Part shown: in pieces, positions 11,802 to 22,501 of the stretch
Numbering within the stretch: position 1 is the first letter of the stretch
Layout: every line of letters starts with the position of its first letter
Origin: Hydrurus foetidus
Taxonomy: Eukaryota
Length of the DNA: 64,000 nt
Direction of reading: 5' to 3'
Assembly: GCA_900617105.1 (NCBI GenBank)
Contig: UYFQ01000104.1
Location: 1 to 64,000, forward strand
Program-made: the position numbers and the translations under genes
Notes under the pieces: generated by a model
Database searches by the model: none
Seen by the model: the letters and a program-made list of their open reading frames with translations, nothing else
What the model was told of the DNA's origin: nothing

Positions 11802-13816
11802 CAGTAACGTAGAGTCCGGGTATCTCATAACCGGTTTCTCATTATTTGGGTTCAGGACCGTCAGTGGTAGTCCGGCACTATCAATCTATTTAATTTTGAA
11901 ATTATGATAGGTGCCGATTATGATAAGGCCGATCATTTTGGCAATTGTGACAGAGTTGACCGCGTAAGTTCTGATTGGTGATCATGAGTGCCCAACGGAA
12001 GATGGACATGAGAAACTTCTTTAACACAGTGAAAAGAAAGGGTGAACATATCGCAAATATGGCAGTCCAGCAATATCGAGATGAGGCCAAGGAGGAATTG
12101 GATGTTGCTATGAGAGAAGAGCTTCTGCATGACATCGCTGAAGCCCGTCAGAGGAAGAGAGAAAGTGATCGGAACAGAAGATTCGAAGCTGCTGCAGCCC
12201 GAAGTGATAATCGGTCTGATGAACAGATAGTTCAGGATGCTATCGATGAGATTGCGGAGGATATTCCTGATGTCATTATACAAGCCAGAGTCTTCATTAA
12301 AAGGCAGAAGAGGCCAGTGAATTAGGAAGATATCGCAGACGATGCTCAAGTATATGGGAACGATGCAGCTATTGCGAATTTTCCAGATGAGTTCATTGGA
12401 GCTTCCATGACTGCTAAGTATCAACGACTGAACCAATTGAAGAAAGACGTGAAAGCCAAGAAAGTAATCTTCGCCTACCACGGCCAGCATGTTGGCCCTC
12501 CATCATACGGCAACGAAATTGACTTGCAACTGCTCCAGGATTGCCATCTTACCAGGGAATTGGGATTACCTATTGTTCTTCGACGACTGCTCGTTGTGCG
12601 ACTCATTGCTGCAGGAAAGGAAGGAGATTTAAAGGAGAATGGTGGACCATTTCATTACGGACACTCATGGGCTGTTCGGTTCTACAAAAGGCACAAACTC
12701 GCAAGTAGAGTTTGTACGACAAAGATGAGAGAGCTTCCTGCTGATTTTGAGGCCAAGAAAGCGGTGTATATGAAAGTAGGCGCAGAGCTAATTTACAAGT
12801 ATAATGTTCCTCCACAGCTAGTCATCAACGGTGACGAAACAGCTGTCCAGCTGGTGAATCGAGCGAAGATAACTCGGAACGTCGTGGGAGCAAAACGAGT
12901 CAAGATTTTAGGCATGGGAGATGATAAGGCGCAAATAACAACGACAATTCTAGTCTCAGAAAGTGGAGATGTCCTGCCATATCAGATGATCTTCACTGGC
13001 ACGACCAACAAATGCCACCCGAAGTCAGCTAAACCCGATGACTGTCTGTGGACACATACAAAGAGCCACTGGCAGTCCGTCCAAACGTACTTACAGCTTC
13101 TTGAGAAGATTATCGTACCCTACAAAAATAAGATCATTAGTGACCTTGGACTGCCAGCTGACCAATGGACAATCCTGAAACACGATTTGCATTTCACACA
13201 TAAAGATGCTAGTGTCTTAGAATATTTGAAAGCCAATTGCATATGCCCCCTATTTGTCCCCGCCGGATGTACAGACGTAATTCAGGAGTGTGACGTAGTT
13301 GTAAACAAGCCGTTCAAGAATGCTGTCAGAGGTGCTTTTCGAGACCACCTTGACTCCTTATTTCGACTCCATTTGACTGAGGGTCGACCACCTACCGAGT
13401 TTTGTCCCAAGCTTACTATGGGCGCATTGAAGCCTTTCTTGACGGATTTCGTAGCTAAAGGAATTCTTGCACTCAAGACGCCTGAGATGAGAACTTGCAT
13501 ACAAAACTCATTTGCAAACGACGGTTGTTTTGCACTCATGCGATCACTCGAAATGCAACAAAACGCACAAATAGACGGTACGATTATACTTCAGGAACAC
13601 CCTGTCCCCGAAGGCGTTGAGGAAGATGAAATCGAAGAAGAAATAAACGCTGAGATGGGTTTAGAAGCAGTTGAAGAATAAGTAAAATATTCAATGAAGT
13701 CATACTACCTAGAAATCGTCTTTTTTTAAACCGTCAGTGGTTGTCCGGCACTGCCCATCGAAATATGTCGATTATGAGCCAAACCGGTTATGAGATACCT
13801 GGACTCTACGTTACCG
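11802..13816 (+). mobile_element. pogo-type (Tc1/mariner superfamily) DNA transposon 1
   Basis: ~36-bp TIRs CAGTAACGTAGAGTCCGGGTATCTCATAACCGGTTT and its reverse complement (2 mismatches) enclosing a DDE_1-like transposase. No TA TSD visible. Confidence 0.9.
11984..13681 (+). pseudogene. DDE_1/CENP-B-like transposase (DD35D) with one in-frame stop
   Basis: ORFs 11975-12325 and 12407-13681 are in the same frame, separated only by TAG at 12323-12325. Motifs SWAVRFYKRH, INGDET, KHDLHFTH...QECDVVVNKPFK, with 35 aa between the 2nd and 3rd D. Confidence 0.88.
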
Positions 13817-14111
13817 TTGTGTGTTACAGTACTGTATAGGAGATGTGAGTTGTGAGTTGTGAGGCCATTCCTTATGACGCGGGTATAATACGTTTTTTTC
13901 GTGAAAAAACTGTATCGGTTCATCCTTATGTCACATTTTTTGTATAAAAAATCTGTTGTATCCAGTTCAAAAACAAAACCCATACAGTAGAATCGGGTTT
14001 CTACTGTATGCAAATTCCCTATACAACAGCCCATACAGTTTATAACCCAACTACACATTAAGTCATATAACTCCGCATTGCAGCAGCCAAAAACCTTCCG
14101 TGATCTCAGCA

Positions 14112-16087
14112 ATGAATTCCTTGGGAGTCCATGACGTCAAGTCGAAACAAATCCTTCTGATAACGAAAGCTGGTCTCGCCGTTAGTCAATCAAAGGAGAA
14201 GGGTATGATCAATATCGAGCAGCAGATCCTCGCCGAGTACACAGAGGCCGTCAAGGCTATTTTCCTTTCTCCTGCCCTCTTGGGTTATGACAGAAATGGA
14301 TTCATGAGGACAAAGAACTATTTTGTTGACATTGGAAAACTCGATCCGAGTGATTTACATACTGGCGCGACGTTATGGAGAAAATATAAGGAGATACGCC
14401 TTATTCTTATGAACGACTTTGCGCCTCTTCTAATGAAGAGATTACCTGGAGGGTTGCCTCCATCGGGCAAAAGCTTTGCTGAAGTCTTAATTGCGGTGCG
14501 GAAGGAAGTTCACGAAGCATACGAAGACATCGCACAGAAGAAGTCAAAGGCCATCAACGGCTACAAACGCCACGCCTTTGTGGAAACGTGGTTTCCTCCA
14601 GAGTGGGAGACGTTTGTCACCTACGGCGCAGCGTCTCCCCAACCCGTTGAATCCCTAAACGCGAGGTATTGTATTATTCATGCATGTCACTGTTTTCCCC
14701 ACTTCACCACCTAAATCATGTCATAGATGCCTTTTCCCTTGGCGAATTTAATTTTATTTTGACATATGCTTGTTTTTCCAAAGTCCGTTGATGTCATTTC
14801 GCACCCCAAAACAAGTAGTTTACAGGGATAACGCTGGCAAAATTTAAAATTTTAACTTGACAGATTGAGCAACGGACCTTCTGCGACAGTATCAGTCACT
14901 GGAGAGCCTCTTAGGAAGAAAAGCCGGAAGGAGCAGAAGAGAATTGAGGCTGCGAAGGGACAGGCAGAAAGGCTAGCTCTTATGAAGATTCCCACAGCTA
15001 TTCAAGTGCTGGACAAGAAAGACCACAAAATCCAGAAGCTCATAGGACTGAGTATAAAGTTCACTGGGGAGGTGGAGTTCCGGTCCCAAGAAGGTACTGG
15101 AGCTTAAGATGCTTCTTGACCTTGCAACTGACGAAGACGTTAGGGCCATTCGTTTGAAGAAGCTTACTGATTTTCTTGAATCAGAGGCACCTATACAAGG
15201 CGTCATTGAGTCATCAGGTACCATCCCTTCTCATGAAACGTTTGACTTCATAGCACGTTTTAATTTAAACCTAAATATTATTGATGACGATTGCGTAGTC
15301 TTGGAGGAAGATGATGAGGAGGATAATGAAGCCAGCTTAGATGAGTCTATTCGTCCTGTCCGACCTAAGCGGAATTGTACGAGGGTACTGGAGAAGTTTG
15401 GAGATGATGTTGACCCGGAGGAGAATAATTTGTACAACTATGAGGACGACTCTTACCTAATCCACCATGATGATCCGGTATTGACACAACTGCGTAATGA
15501 ATATGATGAATCACTTGATCCTGAATTATTTCAACAGACCAATTCCTCAAGTAATTCTAACAAACAATTCACCCTTGTACCTGGACTTACTCAACCACTG
15601 TATACTGAAGTACCCCAATCCTCCCAAATATCAGACACATCATCTACCCAATTCACTAGCGACCATGCTAAAAACCACACTGCAACACCAAGTAATACTC
15701 CATTCAACAACACGACACGAAACAATATCAACCTAAACACTCCATCTACCACTGATACTACATACCCTGATCGCAACACCCCATTCATTCCTATCAGAAG
15801 AACTTTCACTACAACAGCATAACACACGCTTGCATAATGAACGCCTGACCACCAACAAAAATTATCATCCCTTGCCTTTGAATGTTAAATCCACCAACAA
15901 ACCTGCCACACGCCAATCGAAACCATCATCATTTAATCAACTTGCCAATTCATTAGCATCGTCATCATCGTCTAGTACCAAACTGAAACCACTCGTCGAT
16001 AGCGATAGTGACGAAGACGATGTCTATGCACAACACACCACAGTGAATAACGAAAAGAAAAGAAAAGCAGCGGCTAAACGTAGATGA
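14112..16087 (+). pseudogene. Harbinger 1 accessory gene (ORF2), intron 14666-14863, downstream frameshifts
   Basis: The GT..AG intron joins ORF 14100-14714 in frame with ORF 14865-15107. Motifs TGATLWRK, GLPPSG and FVTYG resemble the Harbinger 2 accessory protein. Acidic, low-complexity C-terminus. Confidence 0.7.
14758..14847 (+). other. Conserved intronic non-coding element, copy 1 (function unknown)
   Basis: Ungapped 90-nt match to 23230-23319 (reverse), with blocks of 11/11, 16/16 and 28/29 identity. Confidence 0.8.
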
Positions 16088-16102
16088 TAATTAGTAAATT
16101 AT

Positions 16103-17499
16103 TTATGACAACCAATTAATTAAATTTCTCTGGTAACAATATCCGAAGTGGGCAATCAGTCTACGGCGAAGAGTCTCTTGAGAGGGTTCAATTTCTTCAT
16201 CAATATCATCGTGAATAATAACATAATTGTTAATGACTGCATTAATGCCAATTAGTGAAAAATCTGTGGCAGCTGTAGCATTACGTGAACGAATGTAGTG
16301 TTGTTTAAAAATCTGAGGCATCTCTCCCTCCTCATGTAAACCTGCCTGACCTGCCCAATTCACTCCATTCTCCCATCTCCTATCATACCCATCTTCCGTC
16401 AATAACATGTTATGCAATATAAAGCAAGTGAAGAACGTGTTGTCAATAATATTTTTATCATGAAGATAGATAGGTAATTTGAGGCATCTGAATCTACCTT
16501 TCAGAATACCAAACACGCATTCCACATCCTTCCTAACAGACTCCACCCATTTACTCCATAAGGCATCCTTCGGAATAGAAGTGTGCTTGAGAGGACACTG
16601 GAGGCACCTCCACTTGTGGTAACCACTATCCACAATAAGGTAGAGCCCTTTCTCTTTAACTGTCGTGCCATCATTTTTCTTTAAATCAAATTCTACATCG
16701 CTGTAGAGACGCCCATCATAAATCGCTGTAACAAATCCATCGAACTTGACAGTCGTTTTGTCATTACGACACCCAGGATGACCAATCGTCGCAGCTATAA
16801 TCTTTTTCCGATGGTCAACTGAAACCTCATAGGAGAGAGTCGCATACCCCTCCTTGCCCTTGTGGTTGGACCTCTGGTTAGCATGACATCTCTCCCACCG
16901 AATATGTACGCAATCAGTACTGCCTATGCATCCTGGTAAGCCCAACCTTCCATATATTTCCAGGCAATTAGAAATTCCTTCAGGAGTTGGAGGGGGATTG
17001 CAATATCTTGCAAAGTTCTCTCTCGCAAAGTACTCACAGAACTTCTTGAAGAACAATCTTAATACCTCAGCACTAATGCTTGTCAACTCCTCCACTCCCA
17101 GTAGCCTCTTCCAAGCACACGTAGAACCGATAAAATCTTCAGCTCTAGAGGCGCAGCAGGGTTTCCAGCCGCGTTAGGACTCTCAGTGAATAACCCAGAA
17201 GCCCTAGTGGTATCGTCTATCTGAAGGTAAATTGGGTATGGAACCCTGAACCGCCGACGGAACAACTTCCCACCCTTCCTGTCAGTTGGATCGTTGATTC
17301 TGTTGCTTTGTAGCATCCTACCCCATGTTGACGCCATATAATTCGGATGACCTTCCCACTTCCTTTGCCTACGCTCTTTAATCTCCTCAATAACTTTGAT
17401 TTCAGCCAGTCTTTTGGCTCTTCTTTTCTTGCCTTTTTTCTGCATAGTGCAGACTATCGAGAGCCATAGGCTGACTTGATCTAAAGCGCTGTAAATCAT
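16103..17499 (-). pseudogene. PIF/Harbinger DDE transposase, frameshifted near 17095
   Basis: FRRRFRVP, LRVLGRG, GCIGSTDCVH, NDKT, VDSGY, RKDVECVFGILKGRF, LHNMLL. Frame break at GRGY/VEELT. Confidence 0.92.
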
Positions 17500-17752
17500 C
17501 TTTTATGCCTTTAAATAGTGAAAACTGGTCACACTAGAATCCAACATATTCTTCAACTGATGAAACTGTATTTAAACAAAAGATCAAGTACAGTTTGTTT
17601 TTCAACCATACAGCGTACATTTTATTTAACTAAATGTACGCTGTATGGACCGCGTCATAAGGTTGAACACGAAAATAATCATAAAATACAAAAGGTGCAT
17701 ACAAGGAATTTAAAAACTGTATCTGTATCCACCCGCGTCATAAGGTCAATCC

Positions 17753-20643
17753 TAGGGCTGGTGGTCGGGTCGATTTACAGTCGACCAAAGTCGACCCGAC
17801 CACCCACTTTTGGTCGGGTCGATCACTTCTAGAAAAGTCGACCAAAGTCGACCCGACCAAATGTCGACCAAATGTCGATCCGATCAATATCGACCATAGT
17901 CGACCAGTGTGACGAACAATATTCAAATTTCAAATCTCATCGTCAACTCCGACTGTGACTGATTCACTGCGAGTTCACAGAGCTAAACAATCAAGACACG
18001 ACGACACATCATTAAACCTTAGCCAACATGGACGCGTGTGACGATTACTCTGATTTTGGCGCCAAGTCTGACAGTGATACTCCTTCCAACTCCGTGAGCG
18101 ATCAAGAAGAAGACCCAACACCTTTGCCATTACTGTCAAGACGTAACTTTGAATCGATATCGTCATCATCGTCAGTATCATCAAATTCGGCGTCCTCAGT
18201 ACCGTCTAAAAGGAGTAGAACCACAACGAGTCTGAAGCAAGATGCACGAGTCGCAAGAAATTTAGCTGCGTCAAAAAAGAAGCTGCCAACGCGACCTCCT
18301 AAACGGGTTTATCAAACACCAGAAGCATCATCACAAAAGAATCGAGATACCTTTAAACTAACAACAGTTGTGTTGAACGAAAAAACATCGACCTGCTGGA
18401 AGTATTTCAAGAAGTTCGACTTTAAAGCTCATCCAGACCTCACTGAAAGCGCTTGCTGCAATTTGTGCTACAAAGAAGCTGAGGCTGATCCTCTCATTGA
18501 TTTCATCATCCCATACCAGGTGCGACAAGAAATTGATACTGAATCATGATTTCCAAGTCACGAAAAAGTCCAAATCACTAATTCCTCTCTGCAACAATTC
18601 ATAGGACCGAAGTACAACGAAACTAGTGCGGCATCTGCAAAAATGTCATCCCGACATCGTGCTCACAGAGAGAAACACAGCAGCGGATATAGCAATATCC
18701 AATGGGGGTGATATTCGGAATCATGTGAAATATGGTGGAGAAGCTTTCCAAGAATTCATGGCATGGACCTGCGAAACGTACCAACCACTGAATACCTGTG
18801 AGAACAAGCATTTCAGAAACTTCATGCTCAAGCTTAACCCTAAAGCTCAAGTATACGATAGACACACAGTCACATCAAAACTTGGAGATCAGGCCGCTGT
18901 AGTCAAAGCCACCTTAAAGAAAGTTTTGCAGAATCAATATTACGCTTTGACATGTGACCACTGGTCCTCTGTTGCTGGAACATCATACATGGGAGCAACT
19001 GTACATTTTATTGACACGGATTGGTCACTTATATCATTTACGCTAAGTTGCAGTGAGCACAGTGGCTCTTCGGATGCACCAGAATCCCTACGAGTACTGA
19101 CTGAAGCGTACGAGGCATACGAATTATCTCACTTAAATTTGGTTGGTGTCGTGACAGACACAGCACCCGTTATGGGATATTTCGGTAGACTACTTCCGGC
19201 TGATGTACCTCATTTTTACTGTGTTGATCACGTCATGGAACTGACCACGGGACTTGCCTTTCATTTGGCGGAAGCGAACAACTTAATGGTACGAGTCAGA
19301 GCACTGATAGGACATTTCAGCTCGAGTAATCAAGCGATGGAAGCTTTGCTCTCGGTGCAGAGTAGACGTGATCCAAGTTGGAGACCGAAGAAAGTAATCC
19401 AGGATGTAAGGACGCGATGGTGGAGCACCTACGTAGCAATCGAGCGACTCATCGTGCTGAAGCCCTACTTGAATATTCTGGAAGTGGAGGGCCACTTGAA
19501 GTGCAATTTGGAGGATGAAGATTGGGAAATACTACGTGAGGTAGAAAGTCTGCTTCAGCCATTCATGATAGTTCAAAAAATTCTGGAGGGTCAACAGTAT
19601 GTGACGAAGTCACTTGTGCCTTATTTTATCTCGAAGGCTAGAGGAGGCCTCCAAACAGTAGCTGCTACCGCCAGATCAGAGGTCATCAGGAGACTTGCCA
19701 ATAAAATGTTGACAGATGACGTGAAAGGTTTCAATACCTATTGGGGTGAAGGAGTTGATGGAACTGTTTTCGAAGAGAACTCAACTCTGGGCCGTGCCAA
19801 TAGACAGAAAGGATTGAAAACCTCTACTCTGCTTGCGGCTGTACTGGACCCAAGAACCAAGACGCTGAATGGAATCGGACCACTTGATAAGGCTAGTCTA
19901 ATGGAGGAGTTGAAACTTCAAATGATTTCTTTGAAGACGGAACTCAACAGAGGTCAAATTGATGATGTCAATCAAATTGTTCCTTCGAGTGTACAAGCAG
20001 CAGAAATTGATGATATCTTCAGTGACATTGCGGTCGATACTGACATGACGGCAGGCATTGCCGATGCTCGGGAACCCTTAGCTGTGGAAAGAGAGGTTAT
20101 GGCTGAATTAAAGGATTACATGAAGCTTGCTGTTCTACCCATAAAGTACACGAGCGCACTCAACGAAGTCAAGTTAAACAATCCTCTTGCTTGGTGGAGG
20201 GATAATTGTAGACAGTTCCCTTTATTGAGTATATTAGCCAGACGCCTACTATGCATTCCAGCGACATCTGCACCCACCGAGAGGGTTTTTTCAACTGCTG
20301 GACTCACGATATCCAACAGTCGAGCTTCCATACTACCACAAAATGCCTCAAATTTGATATTCCTCCACGACTCTTGGCCTGTTGCAAGAGAGTATGATGC
20401 AAAACAACAGAAGTCTAGTGCGCCTAGCGCTTTGTAAACATAATTAACGGAAGCTTTTGTCGAACAGAGTTCTAATCTTATCTTCTCTCTTAGAAGTTAC
20501 TCCTGTCTCTGTGGTCGGGTCGAAAGTCGACCGGGTCGGAAGTCGACCTGGTCGAAAGTCGACCAGGCCTTGGTCGGTCGACTTTTTCAAGAAAAGTGCT
20601 TGGTCGGGTCGACTGCTTTTTTTGAGGTCGACCACCAGCCCTA
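17753..20643 (+). mobile_element. hAT DNA transposon, apparently intact
   Basis: 15-bp perfect TIRs TAGGGCTGGTGGTCG, perfect 8-bp TSD GTCAATCC (17745-17752 and 20644-20651), and GTCGAC-rich subterminal repeats at both ends. Confidence 0.97.
18028..20437 (+). CDS. hAT transposase with BED zinc finger (exons 18028-18519 and 18605-20437)
   Basis: A phase-0 GT..AG intron rebuilds the BED finger (WKYF...CNLC...STTKLVRHLQKCH). Catalytic motifs LTCDHW, VTDTA, CVDH, TRWWST, SAPTERVFS. No stops. Confidence 0.93.
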
Positions 20644-20895
20644 GTCAATCCATACGGTTGGACGAAATACGAAATACAAAATACAAAAACACTGTAATCC
20701 TCCGGGTCATCGTTTGTTATGGTGGAGGATCCGAAATACAAAATGAAAAATTTTGTTTTTCACGATCCTCCGGGCACTAGGATGACAAAATTTGGCTCCA
20801 GATTCTCCGTGACAAAATGGCGTGACAGAATAGGAATTGTTCACATTAAATTTGAGAAATCGTCAGTTTTAAGCAATAACAATTAAGTTGCAGCT

Positions 20896-22465
20896 ATGGA
20901 AAAGTCACCAAAACTTCAGGACTGCATTGGTGAGGATGGGTATCCAGATTTGGAAAGTTATGTCATCTTTAAGAAGAGGCGCGATGAGCTATTAGAAGAA
21001 AACGAGGCTGCCGAACCAGTTCCACCAAAGAAAATGCCCTTTCGTAACAGAAATAACGAAGGATACAATCCTAATGACTGCTTTGAGTCAGATTGGTATC
21101 GCAGATACGTCAGATTCCCTGATCAACCACTAAATAAGAAGCATATGAATCTATTTAGAAGAAGATTTAGAATGCCTCACACTGCATTCTTAGATCTAGT
21201 GAGGGAGGCTAGAGAAGATAAGTGGTTTCCTGATTATGAAAGACGTAACGCTCTTGGGGAGATGGGCATTGTACTGGAAATATTGATTTTGGGAGCACTA
21301 CGTTACCTGGGAAGGGGCTGGACTTTCGATGACCTCTACGAGGCTACAAGCGTCTCTGAAGAAGTACATCGTCGATTCTTCAAAGTATTCGTTGTAGCCT
21401 GCCGCAAACATCTCTATCCCAAGTGGGTGAAGAGGCCGGAAACTCCTGAGGAGATAGAAGACTGTATGTCTGAATATGCTGAGGCTGGTTTTGATGGGTG
21501 TATTGGGTCAGCGGATGTTACACATATCATATTGGAGAGGTGCCACTACAAGCTTAAGAATCAGAATTTAGGAGGGAAAAGTTCTCATACGACGCGTGCA
21601 TTCCAAATCGTGGCCAATCATCGACGCCAGATTATTGCGTCAACAGTTGGATATCCCGGAAGATGGAATGATATGACTATAGTGCGATTTGATGGATTTG
21701 TGACTGACATGCAGAATGGAAATTACTTGAATGATCATAAATTTACACTGAAAGATAGCGAGGGAAAAGATGAAAATTATACTGGGGCCTGGATCCTTGT
21801 GGATGGGGGATATTTAAATTGGCCCACACTTATATGTCCCTTCAAACATTCACAGTCGAAGAAAGAACAGCGTTGGTCCAAATGGGCCGAGTCTATGAGA
21901 AAAGATGTCGAATGCACCTTTGGAATACTAAAAGGTAATTGATAATAATTCTTTAATATATTCGTTAATATGTTTAATATATAATTACTATATTCATAGG
22001 GAGATGGAGAATTTTAAAATCAGGAATCAGAGTTCATGGGATCGAAGCTGCTGATAACATTTGGTTTACTTGCTGTGCCCTACACAACATGTTACTTAAT
22101 GTTGATGGATTAGACAAGAAGTGGAAAAAAGGTATACCAAGTCCTTTTGAAGGTGAATTAGGGTGGCATGCCGTAGGTGATGTTGAAACTTATGCCCCTC
22201 TTATATTTCGTAGAGTTAGAGATGGATGTGATATCAGAGAACTTGATACTTCAAATTTTGCTCGAGGCAATGATTTATGTAATAATCTTTTAGACAACCG
22301 AGAAGAAGAAATAAAAAACTTAAAAAGAGTGGAGAAGAAAATACTTATAAAATATTAAGAATGAGAAATAAAGATTTTAGAGACAAATTAGTAACTAGTT
22401 TTCATAGGAGGTGGGCAGTTAAAGATATAGTATGGCCTTCAAGAACAGGCAAAATGAAAGAGTAA
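20896..22465 (+). pseudogene. PIF/Harbinger transposase (intron 21935-21999), late frameshift near 22330
   Basis: FRRRFRMP, LRYLGRGW, GCIGSADVTH, WNDMT, VDGGY, RKDVECTFGILK^GRW, LHNMLL. The C-terminal FRDKLVTSF...IVWP is in a shifted frame. Confidence 0.9.
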
Positions 22466-22501
22466 ATTAATAAAATATTATTGAATTGTAAATAAAACAT
22501 A

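Larger units (their letters stand above)
13863..17743. mobile_element. PIF/Harbinger element 1 (two convergent genes)
   Basis: Left TIR GGCCATTCCTTATGACGCGGGT. Right TIR ACCCGCGTCATAA is interrupted at TAA. Encloses an accessory gene (+) and a transposase (-). Confidence 0.85.

Noticed and set aside
14759..14795. TTGACA as a bacterial -35 box
   Set aside because: No -10 box at the right spacing, and it lies in a eukaryotic intron.
14819..14838. ACAGGGATAAC..TGGC resembling a conserved LSU rRNA motif
   Set aside because: The match is about 11 nt, the second copy reads GGGAAAAC, and no flanking rRNA similarity exists.
14758..14847. Hammerhead, twister, pistol, TPP riboswitch or C/D snoRNA identity for the conserved element
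   Set aside because: Core motifs (CUGAUGA/GAAA, CUGAGA, box D CUGA) are not found by eye. An ACA tail is not clearly conserved, so H/ACA also stays unproven.
17775..17910. Regularly spaced GTCGACC repeats as a CRISPR-like array
   Set aside because: Short, irregular, no unique spacers, mirrored at the other hAT end, eukaryotic context, no cas genes.
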